A DNA stretch of 60,452 nucleotides, the filler included, from Diploschistes diacapsis (Eukaryota), in assembly GCA_023645945.1 (NCBI GenBank). It is 6 parts of 6 records of this genome, joined end to end, with 100 filler letters (N's around TTAATTAATTAA, not from the genome) between each part and the next. Parts side by side here need not be neighbours in the genome. Positions count along the whole stretch, not along the records: positions 1 to 10,005 come from JALAIB010000973.1; positions 10,106 to 20,105 come from JALAIB010000974.1; 4 more parts are not named here. One strand, written 5' to 3'. This document shows positions 1-10,351 of this stretch, in pieces (within the stretch, counting starts at the first letter, position 1; every line of letters begins with the position of its first letter). Position numbers and translations under genes: made by a program. A model generated the notes under the pieces. The model was not told the origin of the DNA and searched no databases. It saw nothing but the letters and a program-made list of their open reading frames with translations.

Positions 1-541
1 TAATTAATATTATTAGAAATAGAAGATTGACGATACGTTAGAGATTTATTATCGTATAATTGATAACGAAGGCACGTTACGATGGTTAAACGTTTTGAAA
101 ATAGAATTTAAGAAAGGAGAAGGTAATTATAATACGTAAAACCTAATAAGGGTTATTAAAAGATATGTTAAGTATATATCAAGGCCCGTTAGCGTGTTCT
201 TATATAAGAATAGAGTTTTCGTAAATAGAGATAGTTCTTTAGAAGTTATTTCATTAATACATCTATCGTCTAGCCGAGATCTAGCCACCGAATAACCACT
301 TATCTGCCTTATTATCACACTGTAGTATTAACCTTTACAATTTTTAATTCGCTTAAAAAATTAACTAATACCGTAATCAATATGCACTTTTTATATTTGA
401 TAAATAATTGATTGAAAAGTAATATTTTAAAAACAAAATAAAAATAACGATTAATTCCGAACAGTTATTGAAGATTTAAACTATTTCTTGGCAAAAGTGG
501 CCGGAATCTGGGGGTGGCCGGAATCCCCGTGAAACACGTTA
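1..541 (+). mobile_element. RIP-degenerated Tc1/mariner (pogo/Fot1-like) DNA transposon end, cut off by the contig start
   Basis: Very AT-rich, TpA-rich and CpA-poor sequence. It ends in a GC-rich terminus GTGGCCGGAATC-TGGGG-GTGGCCGGAATC-CCCGTGAAACACGT|TA (internal 12-bp direct repeat, ACGT end, TA target). The same terminus recurs at 40387-40408. Orientation is inferred only from a stop-riddled basic frame on +. Confidence 0.65.
497..541. repeat. Transposon terminal inverted repeat with internal 12-bp direct repeat, plus TA target site
   Basis: GTGGCCGGAATC at 497-508 and 514-525; ACGT 536-539; TA 540-541. The last 22 nt are identical to 40387-40408. Confidence 0.75.
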
Positions 542-546
542 CCTAA

Positions 547-763
547 GCCGTTATACTCGTCTATAACGGCGAGTTTTTTTAAATAATCCTGACCGAGCAC
601 GTTATTAAAGACGTGCTCGGCGAGTTAAAGATGGCGGTAACGATATCTCGTGATATTTCTAGACGTCCGATTGGACGTCCAGAAATTATCCACGTAGGGC
701 CAAAACGCGTTAAAATCCGTCACGGTTATCCGAAGGATGTCCGCGACGGTAAAGAAACGCGTT
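547..763. other. Cluster of four consecutive inverted repeats (stem-loops), function unknown
   Basis: GCCGTTATA/TATAACGGC (547-570); CCGAGCACGT/ACGTGCTCGG (593-620); a ~20-bp bulged stem around a GATT loop (649-694); CCGTCACGG..ATCC-GAA-GGAT..CCGCGACGG flanked by AACGCGTT twice (704-763). Confidence 0.65.
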
Positions 764-1593
764 CTTCACGCCGGAAAGTTCGCATGGAAGCTGTAAAGCC
801 TTCCCGTAATAGGCAGCGGCGGCAAGAGTGTCCAGGCCGGCGCAGGCTCGGCGAGAGCGGCGAGACAGCAGGCGTCGGGGCGGACGAGGGGGCAACACCA
901 CGACCTAGAGCGGCGGAAAGGGCGTCGTAGAGCATAAGATCTTCAAGATTTAGCTCATCGTTGTCGGCGACCATATCGAACGTGGCCGCGGCGGCGGCAG
1001 AGAGAGCCACAGGGTACGCAGGGCGAGTAAATAACGAGACCTCCATCGCATCTAAAAAAAAGTTAAAATATTAAGATCAAAAATAATAAAAAAAGCATGT
1101 AATCGATGCGTTAAATAAACAAATGTGATTAGAGAGAGGACTAGGTCTATAAATACTTATGACTGTATACAAATTAGTATGACTGAGAAAGTATCTTGAG
1201 AACCATGGTACTTTATCATGTAATTTTTGTATACAAGTAGGCAGAATAAGACCTGCCCATAAGACTAAGTGCACGCTAAATGCTAAACCATGATACGAGG
1301 TCAAGTAGCTAGAAGAAAGCATAATCCGTGTAATTAGCTTTGTATTTACAAATTATAACGTAGTAGCACGATCTGTTAAAGAGTGTGCTACCTTCCTAGC
1401 TATTATTGTGAACTCACCTGCGTGAAATTATCGGCAACTTTTACTAACTTCACTGAAATTGCACGCCACTCATCTCTGTCTGCGATCTGTCCCGCACTTC
1501 TCGGAGCTTGCTAGTTTTCGGTCTACCCGCATAGGCTGTTCGTTTACTATCACTCAAGTCAAACCACCACCGCCTTATTTGATACCCGACGCG

Positions 1594-2639
1594 ATGCCGG
1601 AGGTAAGTCCTCTGAAATATGCGTGGGGGTGGCCCGTATAGGCGATATACCGCATGAGCAACGAACTGAACCCCCCAAACAGGTTAAACGGACCATCAAG
1701 ATTGTGACGGAACAAAGGACCATGTGAGGATATAACATATCCTGGGCGCACTAACTTTCCCGGACTTATTTTGGATGTAGTGATAAGCCGCCTTTGGTCG
1801 AAGGGTATCCGATGCGCAGATGGAGCATTCAGATCCTGCAGCTCAATGAGCATGGCGAGGAGGTGTCGGCGGATCTGTTCAGCAAGGCGACGTACGTCTT
1901 GCACGAATCGTTCCGGGAGCGCGCAAAGCAAGGTGAGTTTTACCACCCCAGTATCAAGACCGGGGCTGACCATTGCAGCAATGACCACGCCGCCATTCCG
2001 CATCACCGAGGAAGGGTGGGGCGAGTTCGACATGCAGATAATCCTCACGGCCAAAGAAAAAGGCGGAGACCACACTGTTGTCCACGATCTCAACTTCCAA
2101 AGCAATCAATACGAGGCGAAGCATGTCATAGTACGGTTGCCTAGGCGCATTACTTCCATAATCACCACTACTTTGCTAATACGCTGCAAAATAGAGCTTT
2201 AAGAATCCAAAGCCGAATCTGTTGGCACTTCTGCGCGAGACTGGTCCCGTCCCTGGAGATGAAAACGGGCGTAAGAAGGGTGACGAGTCGATCAAGAAGA
2301 AGAAGCGCCCTGAGAAAGGAGTTTGTCGATCTGCGTCCTGTATTGACATCTTGACACTGACCAATTACGGTGCAGATCAACATGGACAAACTGGCAGACA
2401 ACTTGCAGCGTCTACAAGAGGACGACCTGCTGCAAGTAGTACAGATGATCCACGACCACAAGTCGAACGACACGTTTACAAAGAACGACGTCGAGGGTAA
2501 GTCCCCGCATGTGCCGTACCTATGCCTACGATGCTGAGAAGTTGCTCAAGCTGGCGAATTCCACGTGGATCTATATACACTACCGGATAACCTGGTACAG
2601 ATGCTATGGCAGTTCTCGGAGGAGCGCGTGGTGGCATGA
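1594..2639 (+). CDS. TAF14: Transcription initiation factor TFIID/TFIIF subunit 14 (YEATS + ET domain), 7 exons
   Basis: Spliced by eye: MPE|VKRTIKIVTEQRTI|DKPPLVEGYPMRRWSI...LHESF|...PPFRITEEGWGEFDM...HDLNF|SFKNPKP...|NMDKLADNLQRLQEDDLLQVVQMIHD|GEFHVDLYTLPD...TGA 2637-2639. All introns are GT..AG. Confidence 0.93.
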
Positions 2640-5600
2640 CAGAAAAATCCAGAGCGCTGTCGCTTTCTTTTATTATTGCTATGACTGGCGGGCGCTGTTC
2701 TGGAGGCGTTGGGTGGAGTCCGACAAGAGATGAAGCATACTGGGCAGGGTGTTGGCGCATTCAAAGATGTGCAGCATTCATGCCTGCCCGACTGGTGCGG
2801 ATCAAGTTTCTTGCAATACAATGCCCAAGTGAAGGAAGATATTGAAAGATTCGAGAAATCACCCCCTAATGCTGCGTCAAAAAGTGAAATGCTTGAGCGT
2901 GTATCCTTCAAGGGACTCCCTTAGCGGCAGTAGCGCACCTCGGCTTTGCGCCTCCTTCTCGATAATCCTACATGAGGACCAGCGCTCAAAACAGTGGTTG
3001 GCAGAGGGCCAATGTTGCTAATTGGGATGATCCTCCCACGTCTTTCCCGGTCGCACAATGATTTCTTGGACGTTTTGACAGAGTGGCTGCTGATTGAGTT
3101 TATCAAAGGCTCAACCTTCATGTCACAGCCAGGGCGACAGAGACAAAAACGTGGTGAACACCTTCTCATCGACAAATAGTGGGCCCCATTCGGGCCCATC
3201 GCACATATACCTACGGATGTTACCTTGATAGGCACTTCCGACTGACTGTAGGACCCCCCACGAGCGCTCGACGAAACTTGTCCCCAGACGAGCTTGACAG
3301 GCTTAACAGCATCACTAGGATTCTTGCGGGGTCATGTGCATGAATTTCTGCACGTACCAGATGGGATATCAATGATGATACTTTTTCTGTCCGTTACTGC
3401 CCACCTACCTAGACCCGACGTCCTGAACTAAATCCTGTCACACGGGGACAGCTGTGTTTGGCCTAGTTGAAGGCATTTCGACACGTGTGCAGCTATGCTC
3501 CGCGACCCAGCCCAAGGGGTCAGATGCCGTTTCCCAAGTGGTGGGTTTGCGGCTCGAAAGTTCCATCATCTTTGGAATTTCTCATTACTCGGCCACCAGT
3601 CAATACGAGTCACATCTCGATACATACATTACCCGCTATTACAAAGGAGAGGCTGCCGGGCTACTTGTCAGGACATGGCCCATCCCGACCAAAAACGAAC
3701 AGAAACACGTGCGAGCCAACTTCTCTGTCGAGGCCATCCGATGCCACAGTTACCATGGCCATCATAGTGGACCAGTCGCTGACTCACTGTTGGCTCGCTC
3801 CCCCCTTTTGCTTCATGGCTTCCACAACCTCCAGTGAGACGGAAGAGGTTCCTTTGTCCGTTCGGACTCTGAGCTCTAGTTAGTGTATCTGTCCCCAAGA
3901 ATCAGAGTCTGCATGCTTGTGGGCCTAAGAAGCGAGTTGCAGCGTTTTGTTTTGGATGGCTTCTTTGCGAAGAAAGGCGCGTTTCCACGGCGCAAGCCCG
4001 ACAAGTGCTCTGACCCTCTGAAAGCAATGCATCTTGCAGAGAACTCTATGTTGGTGCACATTTTCATTCTGATCCTCTGAATAGGGCCCAAAATAAGGTT
4101 TCTGTTGCAGCATGCGGAGAGTATGCACACTTGTTTGCACCCTGAGCGTGGACGAAAGATTTGGTGGAGTGCGTATTGTTCATGGGCTAGGTTACTTGTT
4201 CTTATCCGGAAGCAACTACAAAGCCCTGCCTGCTTACGGAATTCTCCGTTACCTTGAAACCAACACTAGAGATACCTGGGTACAAGTTGGCATAAGGATA
4301 GTGATCACTGACCGTGACTTTCCCAGAAACATGCAGATCGAAGGAAGGTAGATCATTGAAGAATCGTCCTCTTGTACTGTACTGTCGAGTCCACCGTGCC
4401 AGGGGAGGAAGCACACGAGCCAACAAGATGAGACCAACCCAACAAACACCCTCTTTGATGCAACAAAAACATCATCGACGATGCAAACCGGACCTGGAAA
4501 GCGAATTACAAAGTATCTGTCTACCGGGAACGATGCTCATGCCATGCAAAAGCTAGCATATTAAAAGAGGTTGCTGCTATCGGAATTTCCCGTTGACGGA
4601 TGGATTGCAGTGCAGAAAAGCTCTTGGGTGCAAGAGAGCGTGAATACGATGTAAGTAGTAGTTATTTATGATCACTGCATAACACTGTATAAAAAGACAA
4701 TTGAAGCTAGTCTCTTGTTCTCTTGTTCTCGGCCCACTTCCGTGAATTTAGGCGCGGTTCTCGAATGCACCACCAGTCATAGCACCTATGCATACAGAGT
4801 ACCTTCTGTATGTGCATATCTGTGCGGGTCATACTCCGAGCCAGAATCTACCCAGCGCCACAAGGATTTTACCAGCGGAGAGAGGAAAAAAAAATTCACC
4901 TAAACTTGGTCACGTGGGTATAACTGGCCCTTGAGCGGTTCATTCCGCAGCGAGCAGAAGTAGTGCTAGCAGTTACAGTACTAGTAGTAGCAATACTAAG
5001 TAGTTGCAGTTAAGTAAAAGTAGTTAGTGAGGGAACGAGGCTGGCTTGGCTGGTGGTCTGGGCGTTGTAAAGTTTGTAGTAAAGCTTCTAGCAGGTTTCA
5101 AAATTTGAACCCAACTCTTCCAAATTGCCGCTTCGACGCTGTGATTCGCTCCATTTGCACCACGCTTCTCCCGCTACACTAAGCTTCGCCTCAAACACCT
5201 CGTGGCGGTCTGTTCCCTTCCCCCCCCCCTTTTTCTGAGCCTTCACCATCTCGATAACATATACAGCAAAGGCTTTCGTTTCGTAAAACCCTTGGGGAGT
5301 CATCACAATTTGGCTTTTGGTCTTCGACATCTCAATTCGACCGCGAAAATAGCGGAAAGCAGTCTCTGTCGGACTGAGTGAGTGAGAAACAAGCGAACGT
5401 AAACCGAAAGCTGCGTGGCGGTCAGTAGTAGTCTAGTACCAGAATTATCGGCTTAACAACAGTATATCACGATCCGGAGGTCCTGCGCCTACTAAGATTC
5501 CTTCGTTCTGCCGGTCCTTTGGAAACTGAAACCTGGCTCTTGTTATTTTGTCCGTCGACCTTCCCGGTCCATCTTACAACCAACTTGGACCGTGTCTCTC

Positions 5601-5845
5601 CTGGCTGCTCTTACTACCACTGGCATCTGCTGTCGTCTGCGGCCCGGTCTGCAATAATACTCCTCCCAGTAACCTCGCTTCTACTTCTTCCACCCTTCCA
5701 TACCTCAAAAGATCTTCGATAGAGGACTCCCGATTTCACACCCTCGTTCAGCTGCTTGCATACCACACGACCAGACTGCTATATACGGATCGCTTTCGGC
5801 GTAATTGTCCAACCAAGGTGGCAGCATATCCAAGTGAAACTCGTC

Positions 5846-6776
5846 ATGTCGACTGAAGCGCAGACCGAGTTTGCCTTGCTCACCTCGTTGCGCAGCAAGC
5901 CTATCTCGACTAGAAATTCGAGTGAGAGCTCAATGCATGGCTCGACATCCTCGAGAGCCTCCACTCCCCGATCGGCTTCCGCTTCGCCAACCATGCCTCC
6001 GGCGCCAGTCTATCAGATCCCCTCGACGCACTTTGAGAACAACACTGGTCCCAAGGGGGTGATCGCGGACGCCCAGTCCTACGAGCGTGCCAGGAAGCGA
6101 TCAGTCCGACAGACCATCTTTGGAATCTCGAACGCTCTTACGGTAAACATGATGGGTGTGTCGGAAAAACTCTCGGCATCTACCCGCCGGCGAGGATCAG
6201 CCAAGAGCGCCAGCGAAAGCTCCGAGGATGAGGATGAGTTCATGAGGTCGTGGCGAGAGAAGCGTCTGCAGGAGCTGCAGACCCAGGGCCGAGATGTCAG
6301 AAATCGGAGACTTAGCCCAAGCAAGCGAAGCTGGGGCAGCGTGGTTACAGTCGATCCTATCGGCTACCTGGACGCTATCGAGAAGGTGCCCGACGACACG
6401 GTCGTCGTCGTTCTGATTCACGACGAAGAGGTACGGCTTCCGTCCCGATCCAGTCGATCGACTCGCTAACAGTCCGCAGTCAACCGTCAGCGGCATTGTC
6501 GAAGACGCGGTCTCAACAATTGCTCGAAAGTACGAGTTCGCTCGCTTTGTCAAACTCAGCTATCGAGATGCTGAGATGAGCCCGGCCGCCGTGCCCGCTA
6601 TTCTGGCCTACAAGGCAGGCGATCTCATAGCAAACTTGGTGTCCATTATCGATGAGATTCCAGCCGGCCGGGACCTCAGTACGAGCAGTTTAGAATTCGT
6701 TCTCAAACGGTAAGTCCTGCTGTACCCGACTCGCTCTTCCCGTGCTTATTTTCTTGCTAGGCATAACGTGCTATGA
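5846..6776 (+). CDS. phnA: Phosducin-like protein (PhLP1 class, G-beta-gamma chaperone), 3 exons
   Basis: NTGPKGVIADA motif, EDEFMRSWREKRLQEL, and a thioredoxin-like C-terminus (GYLDAIEK...RFVKL...PAILAYKAGDLIANL). Introns 6431-6479 and 6710-6760; stop TGA 6774-6776. Confidence 0.9.
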
Positions 6777-7858
6777 AATGATTTACATCTGCGAGAAGCT
6801 CTTAACTTTCAGTATATACTATTTTCTAAACCCCCAATTACTTTGGTATTGTGTTTAGATGAGATTGCGGCAGGGGGGCAACTGCCTGGCATGGGCAAAC
6901 GGCGTTGGGGTTGGTATTTTTTGATTCGGGATTCATCGACGGAGGAAGCCCTGCGGTATTGTCCGATCTGAATTATCCTGAGCGCAATTGGCGAAATCTG
7001 TGCCTGTCTGTTGCATTGATTCAGCGGTCGGCATTGGGAAGATGTTTAACGAACGCACGTCGTATGGAGGTTAGCGGTATGAGTCTGGAGTTGGACCGAT
7101 CCATCTACCCGGCGTTACGGTTCCAAGGGGCAGGCTCCCCATCGGGCGTCAATTACCAGGTTTGGCACGGTGAAGATACCCTCTAGTATAGTACTTGACC
7201 TGAGGTCTTGATTAGACATTAAATTCTTAGTATAGCAGACTCGGAATACTACTAGTCTACTGACACTGCTGCTACGATTTGGCTTTCCATTTCGGCTATG
7301 GAACACGTTCGTGGTATAAGCAATCGTTTAGGAGGACAGTGATATTTGGGTAATCACATGACCGGATCAGACAGGTCGGACGGGCACCAGCTAGAGAAAG
7401 GGCTACTATTTGCCTGATGGAGTAATTTGGAGGGGGTTCTAGCTCCCAGATAAACGGCTCTATAGACGAGTCGAGGAAGGGGTTCATAGGCGAGCGAAAT
7501 TGGTTTCGGAGCATCCAACCGTTGTAGTAAATACAACACGAGGACCGCGCAGACGGGATTTATGGGCTCAAGCATACTGTACCTCCGTACCCGAATCTTA
7601 AACCTGCAAATCATTTATTTATCAAGTTCTTCGTACGAAAGGGTTTGTTGGTGGGAATAGAAGCAAGCATGTACAGCGACTATGTGATGCAAAACAGGTC
7701 AAGCCTTTGATGAATTGAATCCTGTGATAACTCAGGCAGAGGGGGCGGAATGGGATTTACTACACAATGCGGAAGTACCTACCTACCGAGTTCGTTGCAA
7801 GTTTTTATGTCATCATCGCGCTTTTAAACTTTCGGGTTAGCTTAACACGTCCCGTTCG

Positions 7859-7864
7859 ACGCGT
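7859..7864. promoter_or_regulatory. MCB element (ACGCGT) upstream of RNR2
   Basis: Perfect ACGCGT about 165 bp upstream of the RNR2 ATG. RNR genes are typical MBF/G1-S targets, but a single hexamer can arise by chance. Confidence 0.45.
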
Positions 7865-8028
7865 CTCCAAGACTGTGTTTTCTTTGTATAATATGCTCTC
7901 CTCTCTACTTTTCTCCCCTTCAATAAGGCTCTCTTGCACAAAAAAGCTTTACCACTACATAACTCAATCGACGACCTTTGCTTTTCTTTGATTCTCATTT
8001 CTCTTCCTTCAACCTAACAGATTCACCA

Positions 8029-9437
8029 ATGGAGGCCCAGATCACTCCATCCAAAAAGGTGCGTCTGGTACAGAGCTTGCATCATTGGGATAACTAACCT
8101 AGAGAAGCAGGCTGCCTCGGGACTCGAGAGCTTGAAGATGGCTGTCTCGCCCATTAAGAAGATCAACTTCGAAAGTGTTGGCAAGGAAAACGTTGCCGAT
8201 AATGCGGTCCCTGCCATCAAGGCTTTCGACATGGAGCTAAAGAAACCTGTCGTTGAGGTCGTCAAGAAAGAAGAGAAAGCTGGTCTCCCCACGGGAATGA
8301 GGTTTCAAGAGGCTGAAGAGCCGCTCCTTCAAGAAAACCCAAACCGTTTCGTGCTCTTTCCCATCAAATACCACGAGGTTCGCGTTGACGCGTCACACGT
8401 ATATTAGTTCCATGCTAATAGAAAGACAGGTTTGGCAAATGTACAAGAAAGCGGAGGCGTCCTTCTGGACCGCTGAGGAGGTTGATTTATCGAAGGATAT
8501 ACATGACTGGGATAACAAGCTCAACAACGATGAGCGGTACTTCATCTCGCACGTGCTCGCCTTCTTTGCTGCCTCGGACGGTATCGTCAACGAGAACCTG
8601 GTAGAGAGGTTTTCAGGGGAAGTACAAATACCAGAAGCACGATGCTTCTATGGTTTCCAGATCATGATGGAGAATATTCACTCTGAAATGTACTCTCTGT
8701 TGATAGATACGTACATCAAGGAGCAGAAGCAGCGCACCTACCTCTTTGACGCCGTTGACACAAGTAATTGCATCGACCCTCACCTCTTGCGTACCCTCTC
8801 CGCTAACGTGTTGTTAGTACCATGCATTCGCAAGAAGGCCGACTGGGCGATCCGATGGATTCAAGACAAGAACTCCACCTTCGCATCCCGTCTCGTTGCC
8901 TTCGCCGCCGTCGAGGGCATCTTCTTCAGCGGATCCTTTGCGTCGATATTCTGGCTAAAGAAGCGTGGCCTCATGCCAGGACTGACCTTTTCGAATGAGT
9001 TAATCTCGCGTGACGAGGGTCTGCACACCGACTTTGCGTGCTTGCTCTTCTCCCATTTGAACAATCGCCCAAGCAAAGAGAGTGTACAGAACATTATCAC
9101 CGAAGCCGTCACTATTGAGCAAGAGTTCCTGGTCGACGCTCTGCCGTGCGCATTGCTGGGCATGAACTCAAAGCTCATGAAACAGTATATCGAGTTCGTT
9201 GCCGATCGCCTGCTTGTTGCACTTGGGAACAAAAAGTGCTACAACGTCACGAACCCTTTTGACTTTATGGAGTCCATCTCGCTAGCTGGAAAGACCAACT
9301 TTTTCGAGAAGCGTGTTGGCGATTACCAGAAGGCTGGTGTTATGGCCAGCACGGTGAAGAAAGAGGCCGTTGTCGCGGAGTCGACGGATCAACCCAAGGA
9401 AGATGGCGGCGACTTTGCTTTCGATGAGGACTTTTAG
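8029..9437 (+). CDS. RNR2: Ribonucleoside-diphosphate reductase small (R2) subunit, 4 exons
   Basis: MEAQITPSK|..[61 protein letters not shown] (radical Tyr), ISRDEGLH, C-terminal FDEDF. Introns start at 8059, 8378 and 8764. Confidence 0.97.
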
Positions 9438-9798
9438 ATAAAGAAAGGACTGGTTCCACCATGCGATGCGGGTATGGACACGCTATTATGTTCGGGTGAA
9501 GAAAGGGAGGCACATGCTCTGTATTGATATGCAGTAGCGGGATCGGGAGGCACGGGGGGGGAGGCGTTTGGATGGGCGTTTGGAAGGCGTTCAAGCAGCA
9601 TGGCACAGTTCTTTTACCAAATATTCCCCAGCTCAGCGCTACAGCTGTCAATCAATCATCATTCATAATGAAGTTCGTGACTCTTATACGTCGTTGCTCG
9701 CAACTGCTCTCTCTCTATCGCCTGCCGTCTCCTCATGCACCCTTCCTAACTTGACCATCCCCTCATCCGCCACGCCTCAAGCGTTGTCGCATAACCCT

Positions 9799-10005
9799 TC
9801 ACCTTTTCTTTTTCCTCTTTCCCCCCCCTACCGCTTTTCCCTGCTGTTGCTGTTGCTGTTGTTGCTGCTGCTGTGATAGTGCAGGCTTCTCCTTCCCCTT
9901 CACCCCTGGGGCCGCCGCCGCCGCCGCCGCAGAAGCAGCAGCAGTCTCGTCCCTCCCCTCCACAACTTCCGCCGCCTCTTCTTCTTCCGCCCCAACCTCC
10001 CCCGC
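9799..10005 (-). CDS. 3' end of a gene cut off by the contig edge: low-complexity A/Q-rich tail ending GGGKRKKKR (resembles fungal SRP9/21 tails; identity unproven)
   Basis: Open frame from the contig end: AGEVGAEEEEAAEVVEGRDETAAASAAAAAAAPGVKGKEKPALSQQQQQQQQQQGKAVGGGKRKKKR, then TGA 9799-9801; convergent with RNR2. Confidence 0.45.
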   Translation of the reverse strand, partial: AGEVGAEEEEAAEVVEGRDETAAASAAAAAAAPGVKGKEKPALSQQQQQQQQQQQGKAVGGGKRKKKR

Positions 10006-10105
10006 NNNNNNNNNNNNNNNNNNNNNNNNNNNNNNNNNNNNNNNNNNNNTTAATTAATTAANNNNNNNNNNNNNNNNNNNNNNNNNNNNNNNNNNNNNNN
10101 NNNNN
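10006..10105. other. Artificial contig spacer (N44-TTAATTAATTAA-N44)
   Basis: 100-bp N block with a six-frame stop linker; identical at all five junctions. Confidence 0.98.
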
Positions 10106-10351
10106 CCCCCCTCCCCCCCACACCAGTAGAGTATCCAATTTATTTTCTCTCCGCCACCCCATTCCTCTTTCCAAACATTCTTCACCTTTCACATTCTCGT
10201 AAATTGCGGTCACACTTCGCAAAAGCTCCAGAAAGGAAAACAAAAAAAGCTGCCACACAGTCTCACAGATTGTTCATTCCTCGCTTCCATCAAAGAGAGA
10301 GAACTATACGCCAGTGCTTGGACAATCGACTCGACGGCCTCCGTCGATAGG

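Noticed and set aside
547..630. HDV-like or hammerhead ribozyme reading of the first two hairpins
   Set aside because: I could not build the nested P1/P2/P3 pairing, and the CUGANGA/GAAA core is absent. Kept only as an unclassified structure.
2650..4560. Many overlapping 60-140-aa ORFs between TAF14 and the phosducin gene
   Set aside because: No recognisable motif and no consistent exon chain.
10050..10061. TTAATTAATTAA palindrome recurring every ~10 kb
   Set aside because: It is a synthetic six-frame-stop linker inside N spacers. ORFs ending in ...XLIN are artefacts.
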